In this document: piece by piece, positions 26,407 to 39,658 of the stretch | Layout of the letters: each line of letters starts with the position of its first letter | Numbering within the stretch: the stretch's first letter is position 1 | Source: Paecilomyces variotii | Taxonomy: Eukaryota | Assembly (NCBI GenBank): GCA_004022145.1 | Contig: RCNU01000005.1 | Length of the DNA stretch: 64,000 bases | Strand: one strand, 5' to 3' | Position numbers and translations under genes: made by a program | The notes under the pieces: model-generated | What the model was told of the DNA's origin: nothing | The model's input: the letters and a program-made list of their open reading frames with translations, nothing else | Databases searched by the model: none

Positions 26407-28241
26407 GAAATCTGCGTTCCACTGCGACGACTCTACTCGACGTAGAGTAGAGTACTCTAATGATACTTGCTCAAGTACCTCAATCGAGTGATATATCAAT
26501 CTTCTCTAATTATATCATCAGACCCTGACAGGAAGTGTGTCAACATTTAGTTCCCTAGATGTATATATGTACAACATATGATTTAGACGCCATGTGGAGG
26601 TCTCGAGTCCATCTGCCTCGTGGTTGTCTCCACTGGTCCAGAATGCAAAGTACGAGAATCTGACTCTCACAGACCACCAGACGCTCCGGATTCCGTATCC
26701 CCATAAATATAACAATAATAATCACAGGCAGGATCCGCACGACCCCAGCACGTCCGCGGGGGCACTCTTCGATGCAGTTGTGGCGTCCTGCAGTGGTCGG
26801 AAAGATCCGTATCTTCCCTTCCCGTATGGTAACTAACTAATAACTACTCTAATAATATTAATTACTATTATATCGTCTTTCCAGAGAAATGTTTCGGGAA
26901 CTCCGTTAACCTCGCGCCAAAGTCGCGCTATCGCCAAGAACAGCAACACCAGCAGAGATAAGCATCCCCGGTATTATTGGCCCGTCAAGGTCGGCAGCAA
27001 ACATCAAAGACTCAGAGACTGAGAGTATTGATTTTTCTTCTCTATGGTAGAGCAGAGAGAGTATTACTCGTAGAGTACTCGTATTGCATCCCGGTCACTC
27101 GATCTAATCCGTCTCCTGTAGGTTCGCTGGCGGACTTGGCACGTAGAATATTATCTCCCACCAACGACATTTCCAACCCTCACCATCTTGGCCATGGTAT
27201 TCTGTCGTCCGGAATTTCCGCTCCGGAGTCTTACGAGCTCCTGGCCGTATGTTGTATTACTATCCTCTCGTCCTACAGCATGTCACACAGGACGCGAAGC
27301 ACTGAGTTCATTCAGCAGACGAAGAGGGTGAGTGGAACATCGCTCTTCTTTGTCAATGCTCCTTTCTACCGAAGATGTTTAATTTCCCATGATGCACAAA
27401 AGCCGTTGGTCCAAGAATATATATATACCCAAACCCGCAATGCTCAAACAAGTGATTATCTCATCTTCGCTACACTTCCGAAAGAAGCAGCTCCTCCACG
27501 GAGTAATAACCCTGGCAATAATTTCTATTCGACGTGAGACAGTTCTCTCCCAGATCACCATCAGGCCCGTCCAAAGCGAGAAACCGCTGCAGAGGAGCAG
27601 CCTATGCAGACGCAGCCATGGTTCATTTCAACGTTATGATTATCCTCATGGGTTGGGGACCATGAGTTTCATAGAGTGCTGTCTCCTAGTGTTCATTTGA
27701 TAGGGCAATCTACTATCTAGAGGCCAAAACTTGCAGAAAAACTTCATGTTGAAGTTGAAGATATCGCTTTAGTTGATCAGGCTGCATTTCAAGGAGTCCA
27801 GGAAGTTGTATACTGGCCTGTGCACCTCAAAAGGGGTTATCATATATCATAGAGGATTTGAGTATGTAGTTATCCCTGGTTGCTTTTTTATCCTCAGGCA
27901 CCGACAACACTCCCGTAATTCTAACTCGTTTTCCTAACTGGTCATCACTATTATTATTTCTGGTCATGTTTGCACAACATTAAGTCTCTCCTTCATTTTG
28001 ATTCCTGATCCACGCTAACTAGGTAGTTACTATTTTGCTGGCGTGCGGAGTAAAAAGAACAAGCTAACACATGTAACTAGTGAAGCTAACTCAAGTTCGT
28101 TGGCGGAAAGCTACCAAGAACGCACCGCCACGACCCCAATCCGACCCGAGCTCCTGAAGACCCTTTAATCGGTCGACCCTTGAAACTGTTGGACGGAGAC
28201 GCAGCACGACGACGGACGACGACGGACGACGACTGCCTGTC

Positions 28242-31200
28242 ATGGAGCATCGAGATATCGTCAGTCAGGATTCAGACGGCTCATCGGGCTCGTCCGATGA
28301 GTACCTGCACCAGCCGTACGCTATCAGGGCAAACTCCAGCTTTGAAGATCTCGCCGGGCAGATGCCACAGACTCCGACCCACGTAGCGTCGTCGCCTCCT
28401 CCGACTCATTCCCTCAGCTCGTCCGGTATCTCATCATGGTCCAACAATTCGACCCCGCGACCGCGCGGTGGTAGCGTTTCTGCAGTCAACGTCCTGTCGA
28501 CCGAGGGGCCGACCATCACCGAACCACCACAACACAGGCCTCAACGCCCCTCAGGACCGGCCAGGACACCGTCAAACACCTATGCCCCGCAGAGGCATCC
28601 GCCTCGATTTATCAACCTACATCATGACCGTCGACGGTCCGCCTCTGCGAAACGGGCCGCCAGACGCGACCCAAATGCTCAGTACCGCGCGCAGGAGAAG
28701 GCGTACGTGCAGCGTCTACGGGCCAACCCACAGCCGGGGTATTACCACTATGAAGACGGGATGACGGGAACGATGCTAGACTCAGACTTGGAGGAACCGT
28801 CGCCATCCTCGGAAGTCCCTTTCGATGACGACCCTTACGACCCTGATATCCAGCTTTTCCTAGCGGAAAACGGCAACCAGCCAACTCTCGAGGAACTGAA
28901 GAACCCGAAAAACCAGGAACGGCTGGAATGGCATTCAATGCTGGCTTCCGTCCTGAAAGGTGATGTTGTCAAGCAAGAGAAACAACGGTTGATCGGGACG
29001 ACGGAGTCGAAGCGGTCGAGTGCTCTGAACAATGAGATCTGGCTAGGAGTAAGAGCTAAAACGTGCGGCCGAAGCGTAGCTCTACAGAAGAAACTTATTG
29101 AGGAAGCACGCGCCAGTGTTGGAGCCGTGACTGAGGATATTATCAATTTTGAAATCAAGGGCGAGAAAGAGATTGGGAAACCGCCGATTGAACAAGTCGA
29201 AGATGTCGTGGAGAAGATTGGGAAATGCGAGACGCTATATTCGACACGAAAGGAGATGGAAGCCGCCAATCCGAGGGCTGCTTCTGAAGAGTTCCAAGCA
29301 AGCTGTGATGCGGTTATCGCCTGGCATAATACGACATTGCTGATAAATACGGAGTTGGCAATTCTTAAGGGTTGGGTTGGAAACGACGAACTCGACTTCA
29401 CGAAACCCAAGGCCAAGCCCGCAAGCTCTGATCTCTCCGACGAAGGCTCGTTCCTGGACCGAGTCATGAAGGAAGACGGCCTGAAGACATTGCAAGGAGA
29501 GCATAATATGCTTTATGGAATCGGCGAAGTTATCAGGAAAGCGAAAAGCACACTGATCGAGAATGCGGAGGCCTTTTCAAAACGACATCTCCCTCCATAT
29601 ATCGAGGAGCTCCTGACCCTTATCAATTTTCCATCTCGTCTGATCCAGGAAATCATTCGTGTGCGACTGTCTTACGCCAGGAGGATGAAAGATCCTGCAT
29701 CGCAGTCGCCAATCCTCGTGGACCAGATGATAACTCAGTTCCAGATCTTAATGAGAGTGGCAACAGACATCAAACAGCGCTATGTTGCCATTTCGAAACC
29801 GGAGCCGGGTTGGGATCTCCCGCCTTGTATAGACGAAAACTTCGACTCGGTGGTCGTAGACGCAATGAAATACTACTTCCGACTATTAAACTGGAAACTA
29901 AGCGCGAACAAGAACACTTTCAAGGAGGCGGAAATCTTGGAACAGGAATGGGGGTTTTCCAACGAGATTGGACGACAGCTCGAAGGTGGTGATATCGAAG
30001 TTGCTGAACAATTCAGGTAATATCTACATCCCATAAATTAGAAGCTCGTCTGGACTCATATTATTATTAGTGCTCTGACAGCCAAATCCCTTCAACGCCT
30101 TATGATCCATTTCGAGAGAGAACTGGTGTTCCGCCCAGATGAAGATCCTCTTGATATGGATAAGCGATACAAGAGCGTCCTTGATTCGACTCGTGTGCGC
30201 CAACGAAAGCTTTACCGCTTCTCTCGCTTTTTATGTCAGTTATTCGAGAACGCTACGGAATATAACTTGACAGAAGATATCGCCGACGCGTTCTTCGAGG
30301 CACTTTTGATCTCAGACCATTTTCTCGTCGAGTCCAACGATTCGATTGGTCAAAGGGGCGTTTATTTGATCGCGCATCATTCCCTATGGAATCAACCCCT
30401 CGATATTCAATCCATCCTGGGTACATCCTTCCGAGATGAGGACTCTCCGAGAGACCCCTCCCACAATCCTTATATTCTGGTGATTCGACCAGAGAGGCCG
30501 CTTGTGTGGGCTGGAAAGAAGATGGAAGTCGCCCTCTTGGAGCAACCAACTGACGTGAGACTGGGAAAGTTACGACTTGTCGCCGATGGGACTCAGCAGA
30601 GACTGTCAAACGCGCGGCTTGAATTGGCGCAGTTGACTAACATGCAGCTCGATATGAGTATCGAGCAGCGTGCCAACCTCGGCAGAGTCAACACGGAGCT
30701 GAACAGGATCAAGAAGATCTCGTTCAAGCTTTCCATGACCATCATGGACAGCGTAGCTGTCATTAGACGTCAACTGAAGCAGAAGGGCGTCGAGAACCAA
30801 GAGCTCATCCAGGCCTGCTTCGCATTCGCGACCGAGTTCGGTAAACGGTCTGCCAGCTACGTTGACCCGAACCGTCGCGCAATGAACAGCGCGAAGCTGG
30901 TTGAGCTTTCGCTTGAATGGGTCTCCTTCATATGTGACGATTGCGATGCTTCCGACCGTAAAACGTTCAAGTGGGCCGTCGCTGCGCTTGAGTTCGCGAT
31001 GGCTATCACCTCGAGTAACCACCTTCTCTCCATGGACGACTCCCAGTACTCTCTTCTACGAGTCAAAGTGGCAGGATGCATGTCGTTGCTCATCTCTCAT
31101 TTCGATATTATGGGCGCAAGATCATCCTTGGCTGCACAGGCTGAAAAGCAACGCCTCGAAGAGAGGGGAGGAATGCGGAAGATCGGTGCTGGACGGATCC

Positions 31201-32372
31201 TAACTGACGAGGAGGCAACGAAACTTGTCCGTGAACAACGCCTGCAGCGTATAGCGGCCCTGGAGGAACTGAGAGTTGAGGAAGATGCGAAGCGCCAAGC
31301 GCTGGGTAGAGTCTTGGAAGGATCTAATGAGGCTGATAGGTCTCTCGCAGTTCTTTCATCTTCTGCGACCAATGTCACTCTACGCTGGCAGCAAGGCCAA
31401 TTCATCGGAGGAGGAACGTTTGGATCAGTTTATGCAGCCATCAATCTTGACAGTAACTATCTCATGGCTGTCAAAGAGATTCGTCTGCAAGATCCACAGC
31501 TCATTCCTACGATCGCGCAGCAAATTCGCGATGAAATGGGTGTTCTCGAGGTTCTTGACCATCCCAATATCGTGTCATACCATGGCATTGAAGTCCATCG
31601 TGATAAAGTGTATATCTTCATGGAGTATTGTTCCGGAGGCTCGCTGGCTAGTCTTCTCGAGCACGGTCGTATCGAGGACGAGACAGTTATCATGGTCTAC
31701 GCTCTGCAACTGCTCGAGGGTCTGGCGTATCTCCACCAGTCAGGTATTGTACACCGCGATATCAAGCCTGAAAATATCCTCCTCGATCACAATGGTGTCA
31801 TCAAGTATGTGGACTTTGGCGCTGCCAAGATCATCGCGCGCCAGGGTAAGACTGTGGCGCCCCTGGATGCTTTTGCCAATGCCGGCCACAAGGATGCTCT
31901 TGTTCCCAAGGAGCCGCCCCATCAACGCAAAAACCAGAAGACAATGACAGGTACGCCGATGTATATGTCTCCTGAAGTGATCCGGGGCGACTCTTCGAAG
32001 CTCGTCAGCCGGCAGGGATGTGTTGATATCTGGTCACTTGGCTGCGTTATCCTTGAAATGGCAACTGGTCGCCGTCCCTGGTCCTCGCTTGACAACGAGT
32101 GGGCAATCATGTACAATATCGCGCAAGGAAATCAACCACAGATGCCAACCCGTGACCAGCTGAGCGAATCGGGCATCGATTTCCTCCAGCGCTGCTTCGA
32201 ACGCGACCCGCTCAAACGACCAACTGCAGCCGAACTCCTGCAGCACGAATGGATCGTGTCTATCCGACAGCAAGTGGTTCTCGAGCCCCAAACCCCCAGC
32301 AGCGATGGTGGGAATGGCAGTGCCAGTTCGTCCAGCCTGAGTAGCCGTCAGAACTCAAGCACTTATCTCTAG
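28242..32372 (+). CDS. sskB: HOG-pathway MAP kinase kinase kinase (Ssk2/SskB/Wis4 type)
   Basis: RLEWHSMLASVLKGDVVKQEK N-terminal motif. C-terminal kinase with GGGTFGSV, MAVKEI, HRDIKPEN, DFG, GTPMYMSPE. One intron 30017-30070. Confidence 0.95.
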
Positions 32373-33182
32373 AGCTCCACGCTTATAACGAATCATTACA
32401 CCGCGATGCGTGGCCTCCTTACGTTATTTTGCTATATTTATCGCTTTACCGTCACCCAATCAATGCAACCCACGGATATGATACCCCGTATTTCGTCTAC
32501 CTTGTCTCGATACTGGTCTTTATCTTGCCTGAACATACTATATCTATGTATCGTGTTTTGAATCGCCCACGTCTATGTGCGGCCCCAGTGTTTCTCTATC
32601 CTCAAAGCTACGGCTTAGGATTCCTTGTTAAGGACTTGTTGATAATGGGTTCGCGATCACATGCTCTTGCATTTCTCAATAGCATAGTCGCACGCACCAT
32701 GTTTGTTGCTTGCCGGTGCTTCGCGACCTGAGTTGAAATTTATCCATATACTATATGATATGACCTGTATGTATCCTACGATGGTCTCGAGCTGGTAGGA
32801 ATATCAAAATCCAAACTACGACAAGAGTCTATTGAGAAGGTATGGGTATCCATCGTGAGCGATAAATTTGATTCTCGTGTCAGTTCTGCTTCGGGAAGAC
32901 CTGGTCCAAATGTGCTGCATATACTAGTCTACGAGCACAGAGCAAAGACAGATCTGACTCGTAACCGCAACCAAGGAATACGAAATTAGGATGTCTCGGG
33001 GAGGTTGGGATCCAGAAGTTGCTCAAAATGAGCCCTCTTGGGATCGTCTCTGAAAACAGGGAAAGTGCGTTGGATCTCTGGTGCTTTCATTAATGCCATA
33101 GGCCCATCCACCTCCCAACTCCCTCGCACAGGGTAGGACACCATGTCTGCTACTGTCATGCTACAATCATCACTGTGCAAAG

Positions 33183-34298
33183 CATTCTACTCAGCAGCCG
33201 CCTAGACTACAGGGACGCGCACTCAAAATCTTTTGGGGCCTAACATGCCTCGCTTACTCCACAGGGAGAAAACCATCTGGTAACCCACATTGGACCTGCT
33301 CTATTTCCTGTGTCGAGACCTAGAGCCCAGTGACGGCCACCAATAATTTTCTCCCGAGATCCAGCGTGGAAGCCATGGTTGCCTGTCATTTGCAAGTCCC
33401 ATCCTCTTGGCGGAGATAGATACTGTTTTCTTTCGATATATATTACGGAGGATGGAAGAGAACAATCACGGGGCGGCCGGCTAAGCAGGGAACCCCTGAC
33501 TACGAAATAGAGTATACCAGTGGGGTCATATCTGACTGAAGGAGAGAGTTATGGCTTGAAATCTAGGTTATGCTAGAGAGAATGTCCACGGTTAACGGGA
33601 TCTGAGGGTCGGAAGCAAGGAGCCAATCGGTAAGCCGATTTCCAAGGTCGTGCTCTAGCCTAATTCAAGGGATGTTAGATGCTAAAGTGAATCATATAGA
33701 TAGTACATTGATACTGTCATCTTCCAGGAATGGGGTTAAGTCCTGGGGTCTGGATCTCAACGGCATATCATTTTCCTAGTTGGACATGTCCACATTCCAC
33801 GGCCACGAGCGGCCGGATCAGCGCCGAACAGCCACCAGCGCCCAAACCCTGAGAGGCAAAGTCCAGAAATGGTACCTGTTGTACAGTACATTCCCGACAT
33901 CACCAGATGCATCCGCACGAGGGAGAATTCCTGAATTCCATGGGGTTTTGCATTGTGTCTATCAGAATTCTGGGTTCAGGTACAGTAGCTGAACCGTCTG
34001 GACCATAAGAGGTGGGCATACGTTCAGACGGCCCCAAGACGCTATTGCAGGTCTCAACCTATCAGTGTGCTTGTCTCTTCCAATTAGGTCCGAAACATGG
34101 GCTTCATTCCGTACCATGCACGGAAGACATGCGATGGAGATGGAGGATGGAGTCTTACTCTCTCTCCCTCTCTCTCTCTCTCGTCTGCGGGACTGCCATT
34201 AGGTGACACTTCTGATACATCGCATTTCCGGCTTGTTTGTTTATTGCTAGATGGTGTCAAAACCCTACGTCAAACGGCATTCTCGAAGTGTATATATA
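33183..34298. promoter_or_regulatory. Conidiation-type promoter (AbaA and BrlA response elements) upstream of the hydrophobin
   Basis: CATTCY/RGAATG at 33183, 33579, 33727, 33793, 33889, 34105 and 34278. MRAGGGR at 33666 and 33918. TATATATA near 34291. Confidence 0.6.
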
Positions 34299-34481
34299 TG
34301 GTGTTTGTGTACCTCGTCAAGATGAAGAGAGCATCAGTCGTAGAATTTTCTTTCTCATTTCCATATTCTTTTCTCTTCGTTCGCTCTATTGGGCCCAGCT
34401 GACACTCCTTTGACCCCCCCTGTGGTTCATTGATACTATTACCATTAAGCCTTTTTGATAACCTGATCCAAGTCGGGCAAA

Positions 34482-35456
34482 ATGAGATTCGGAAGCATCC
34501 TCGCCATCCCCCTCCTGGGCAGCGTCCCTGTCTTCGGTGCTGCGGTCAACGATGTCGCAAAGCGTGGTCACCACAATGCTTGCGTTGCCCCAGGCGGTGG
34601 AGTCGTCAAGGTCGTGAAGGTCATTATCGTTGACCCCGTCTACATCAGCACCTACTGCGAATCCAACACAGTCCTTACCATCTACAACGACATTACCTAC
34701 AGCGTTACCAACGCCCCAACCACGGTCATTGTGAACACTTATGCGACCAGCACGACTACTATCACGACGACTGAAACCGAAACTGAGACTGAGACGGTTA
34801 TCGCGTAAGTATATTCCCTCAGATATATACTTATGGCAAAGGAAAGATTTATATATAACTAACGCCTTTATTAAGCGCTCCCACTATCTCGCCTTCCACC
34901 AGTGTCTCTCAAGTGGTGAACTCGTGGACCAAAACTGCTGCCGGAACTACTTACCCTGCCTCGAGCTCAACTCCTGCCTACACGCCCGTCCCGTCTGCCA
35001 ACCCTGATCCTATCCGCTATCCTGTGAACAGCACCATCACCGTCCAGCAGGGCCAGACTGTCTGCGGTGAAAACACGGTCTTGTCCTGCTGCAACAAGGC
35101 CACCTACTCCGGTGACACCACCAACATCGACTCTGGTATCCTGGGTGGTCTTCTCTCTGGCCTCATTGGCGGCGGCTCCGGCTCCGAGGGTCTCGGTCTC
35201 TTCGACCAGTGCAGCAAGCTACCTCTCGACCGTAAGTTTCCCCCCCCATCCTTATTCATATATGGTATAACCGAAAAAAAAGCATGAATCTAACAAATAA
35301 ATAAATGAATCAGTCAACATCATCGGCGTTGGTGTCCAGGATTCCCTCGACTCCCAGTGCAAACAGAACGTCGCATGCTGCCAGAACAGCCCGTCCGAGG
35401 CCACCGGTCTCATTGCTCTTGGCCTTCCTTGCATTGCTCTTGGTTCCCTCCTGTGA
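34482..35456 (+). CDS. Class I (RodA-like) hydrophobin with long N-terminal extension, 273 aa
   Basis: Exons 34482-34804, 34876-35231, 35314-35456. Signal peptide, then C-terminal C-X7-CC-X39-C-X21-C-X5-CC-X16-C ending [10 protein letters not shown]. Confidence 0.9.
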
Positions 35457-36852
35457 AGAAGGGTAAAAAAAAAAAGAAACAAGATATGTGGATATTATTA
35501 TTTCCAATTGGTCTCGTCCTTCATTCAAGTATAATTTATTTATAATTTTTCAGCCGTTATCTTGATGTTCTCCAATTCCAATCGAGGGCGTCTAAAGCAG
35601 TAATGAATACCATACCGCATCTGCTATATAATATATAACTAAAGCCCGACTTGGATCTGGGAACATGTTTCTTATTTTTATTTTTATATTTTATATTTTA
35701 TTTTTTAACATAGGATTAATGTATGCTTCTTACCTTAACATAACATACCAAGGCACGAGGAGAAGACTATATTTATCTCACGGTGCTAATTATTAGTATT
35801 TTAGGGGGGGGGAAATTCTTCTGTTTCTTATTCATGCAATAGATAAATAAATAAGCCTCTTGAGTAAAAAAGTGGAGGATATGAATCATATATCTTAGAA
35901 AACATTGTCCGATCATGGGATATATTTCAAGCATCCTTATAGTCCGTATAATTGTTGTCGTGGTCAGGTTCCTGTGTGCACTGGAAGTAGTTCTGTCGCG
36001 GGCACGTGTTAAATTTGACCAATGGGATAGGACAAGTAACACTATCAATCACGACTTATTCAAGGATATTCTTTGGATAACTAAATAACAATAGATTAAT
36101 CGTAGATATCACTAAAGAGCAAAGCAAGACTGATTTGAGTTTACTCAAATCCCAAATTCCAGGCAAGACTTTACGTCTGGCCTAGTGGCTGACACCATCA
36201 ACCTGTTAGACTGTCGTATCGTATAATAAAGTCTTAGTGCCGAATGAAGGATTAAAGAAAAACACCGGAAAAGACCGAGTTTGGATTGTTGAACCTATAC
36301 CGATGATAATGCCCCTAGAAACAGAAAAGGCTTGACCCTGCCGGTAGAAACATTCACAACAATCCCAGCGCTTGGTAATCGTCGGATGCAACAACTTGGA
36401 TACCATATGAGGAAGAACAGGAAAAGAGGTTGGGACGCCGATACCTGGAGAATAGATCTCGTGAGATGAAATGACCGACAAAAAAGACATAAATCGTGAT
36501 GCAATAAAACAGGATCTCGACGACCGCAGGGGAGGGCATATATCTAGACAACTGGGCAACAAGGTCTAGTTTTCTGCATGTACCAGGGTATGTGTGACGG
36601 CGCCGTCTTGGGAATAAAAGACCCAGCGGTTCCGGACGGCCAGCCGTAATCGAATGGCGATTCAATAGATGGCCGAACTCAAAAGAAGTAAAAAAAGGCA
36701 TGAGGATGACCGGGCATCATCTCGTCAGTTCCTCCGGAAATGTACAAGAACTTGCGGACAGTTACCTATCCAGCGTCGTGATTGATTAAATACTGTCGTA
36801 CCAAGGGGTCATACAGAGCTCACAAGAAGCACCTGAGAAGCACCTGCGAAGC

Positions 36853-38046
36853 TCAACGAAATTCGATAGCGGGAAGACAACCATGATCCTCGACATGTTT
36901 CAGTTCGAGCTGCTGGTATCTGTAGGTATTGCAATGTTAGCGTCTGCGATCAAGACATGTTGGGATCAATACATACTTCTCGCTTTTCGCATGGAAATAG
37001 ATACCGCTGACGGTCCCTTCTACCTGGTTGAAACAGATATAGTAGAAACCCTCGAAGCTAGCACCGGATATCGTCCGCACGCGGTGGTCAGGCACCAGAA
37101 AATACTCCTTCCACCTCATGAAAATATGTTCACGCTGGGCGAAGTTGCGGTAGCTGAAGTCTGGTCTCTTTGCCTGTTTGGCAAGGGGCCGCCACGCTGG
37201 GAATCTGGCCCAGTGCTGCATATCGGTCTTCTCTGTCGCACCCCATGCTTCGTGTCGCGTCTGAAAGGTATGCTTGGTCCCGATGATCTCTCCTTCAAAG
37301 AAAGTAGTCAAGGTAGGATGATCCTCCGTCAACCCTAAGTTGTCACCGCAACGGTCAGCTTTCAACGGAACCGCGAATGTCACACATCGATGGATTGACC
37401 AACCTTGTATGCGTAAGTAGCCGCAGAGGTACGATTCGGCCATGTCGACATGCTTAATCTCCACATCTACATTGTAGACTTGGCGGTCAGACTGCTGGGT
37501 TCCGACGAACTTGCTTCCCGCACGAAGAAAGGACGATGAATGATTCGGTAGGAGCTGATCTAGTTAGCCAAAGGGATCACATATACACCATGCTGCGCAA
37601 CGTACTCGGATATTGGAAAACTCGTAGCTGAGAGACGAGGTGGCGGAAGGCGCGGTCATTGATGACGATTGCGCCGCTGTCGGAGTCGATTGTTCCTCCT
37701 TGGCCTCTGAGGAGACGCTTGCTGGGCTGGAGGTGCCCAGCACGGCTTCCTCTTCGGACTGTGGCATCCTTTTGATAGAGGATGCTGTGGTTGCGTCAAT
37801 CTCCCGAGGCATCGCAACGGGTTCTGCCACGCCGTCAACCCGACTCCTCAAGGTCGATTGCGCCGGAGCGCTGCTCTCTGGCATGCCACCATTGCCTGGA
37901 CTATTATCAGCGACGATGCGCTCTTCTGGTGCTGCTCTCCACGCAGGTATCCGATCACTCTCTGGCGGGCACGTCGAATGGGCGGACAATTCCTCGGCAA
38001 GCGGTGTGGCTGTCAACTGCGGCGTCCTGTCGCTGGGTGTCGGCAT
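36853..38046 (-). CDS. VID24: GID/CTLH ubiquitin-ligase substrate receptor Gid4/Vid24
   Basis: FVGTQQSD, LCGYLRIQG, LTTFFEGEII, HIFMRWKEYFLVPDH, ISGASFEGFYYICF, YQQLELKH. Three introns; stop 36853-36855. Confidence 0.92.
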
Positions 38047-38640
38047 GGAGGCAACTAGGGCAGTGATGACATCGGAAGCCGGGATAAAAGGGGGATGAGA
38101 GGATGGGATTTACAAAGGGGAGAAACGCAATACCAATGACAAGGGAGAAGGAGCAGAAGGGGGCTTTTCACGGTCGAGGATGTGCAAGTAAAGTCTTTGA
38201 CAAGTGACGACGGGCAAGAGACGCACTGCCCGAAGAGGATAAGAGCCGCTCCTGGTCATGCGATCGCGGGGAAGGCGAACGAGAAGCCGCCAAACTGAAC
38301 AAGCAGGCTGGAGGGTGTTGGGGAGATGCTGAGGTCTGGGGAGGGAGGATAATATCATATCATAAATGCAATATAAATATAAATACTTGGGGACTGGTTT
38401 GTGGGCTCATTCATTGTCTGTATCAGATTGTGCTTGCCATCCAATTCAGCCCGGTGATACACTTACAGCAGAGACCAGCCTGCATCCGCAATTGGTGATG
38501 GCGCCGTGATGTTCCAGGCTTTAGACTCCACTTGGTTATGTGAACTACTCGAGGTTAATTCATCAATTAATTAATTGCTCCATCTGCCAAAAAAAAGAAA
38601 AAGAGGTTTCTCGCATCCCACCGATGAAGGAAAAAAGAGT

Positions 38641-38728
38641 TAGTCCTGGGGGGGATCGAACCCCCGACCTTGAAGATACTAATATGTACCTATAAGCTTC
38701 AGGCTCTAACCGACTGAGCTACAGGACT
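38641..38728 (-). tRNA. tRNA-Ile(UAU) with a 14-nt intron
   Basis: Full cloverleaf: acceptor AGTCCTG/CAGGACT plus A73, D-arm GCTC/GAGC, anticodon stem TGAAG/CTTCA with CT-TAT-A then intron GGTACATATTAGTA, T-arm GGGGG-TTCGATC-CCCCC. T6 Pol III terminator just downstream. Confidence 0.93.
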
Positions 38729-39658
38729 ACATTTGTAAGCCTTGTTCCGCCAACACTGACTTGTTTCCAACCTGATTATTGATGCACGTTTTCCAGGGCA
38801 TGAGATCGAAATTTGAACGGCACGATTCGACATCCAGTCTCTTTGTAAAACATTTAGCTGGGAATCGTTAGTCTCAGGCTCAATAAATATCAGAAGAGAT
38901 AACATTATCTGTTGCGCAATTGGGGTATCTGGAAAGAGTGCCGCGAGTGTGTAAGTCTCAAGCAGTATCTAGCGACTTATCCTGGCGGAAGAAAAAATTA
39001 TTTATATGGAGAAGAAGTGGAGTAACTTATAGGTTAACGGCACTCCCCGCAATGCCCCAATATACACCGTCCACCCAGATAGTAGCAGATGGCAAAGATA
39101 GGTATATACAGCAAGCAGAACACACCAGGTTGAATTGTTCAAGGAAGCGTTCGATACCATGGGATGCTAGTTGCCGGCAGGCTACCTGCTCTGTAGCAGG
39201 TAGTGACCGAGAAATATATATATACACGGAAGCCCCTTTGATAAAGCCATTGGGCCTCCCGGCTCCAACCGTTTCGTAGTCTCTATGTGGTGAAGAAGGC
39301 CCGAAAAGATGATCCTTAGCATATGCAAGTAAACTGTGACCGCCTAGGCCAAAGGCTAGTGTCAGACAACTGTAACCCGGGGGTACGAATATACCGGCTT
39401 GAATACTGTTCGATCGAAGGCGCTTCTACCAACTACCATGCAATGTACAGCAGAGACGCATCGCATTACTAGACCAAGGTGCACGTATTGATATGGAAAA
39501 CCTAATTAGATGTTGCATTTAAGTCGTTACGTAGAAGTACAAGCTCTTCCCTTTTTTGTCATCAAAAGAATACTATTTCGCGAGACAAACTCCTGTACCA
39601 GTTCCCACCAAGGATCACTGATCCACGTTGATCCACCAGACATGCGGCGAGGTGACGT

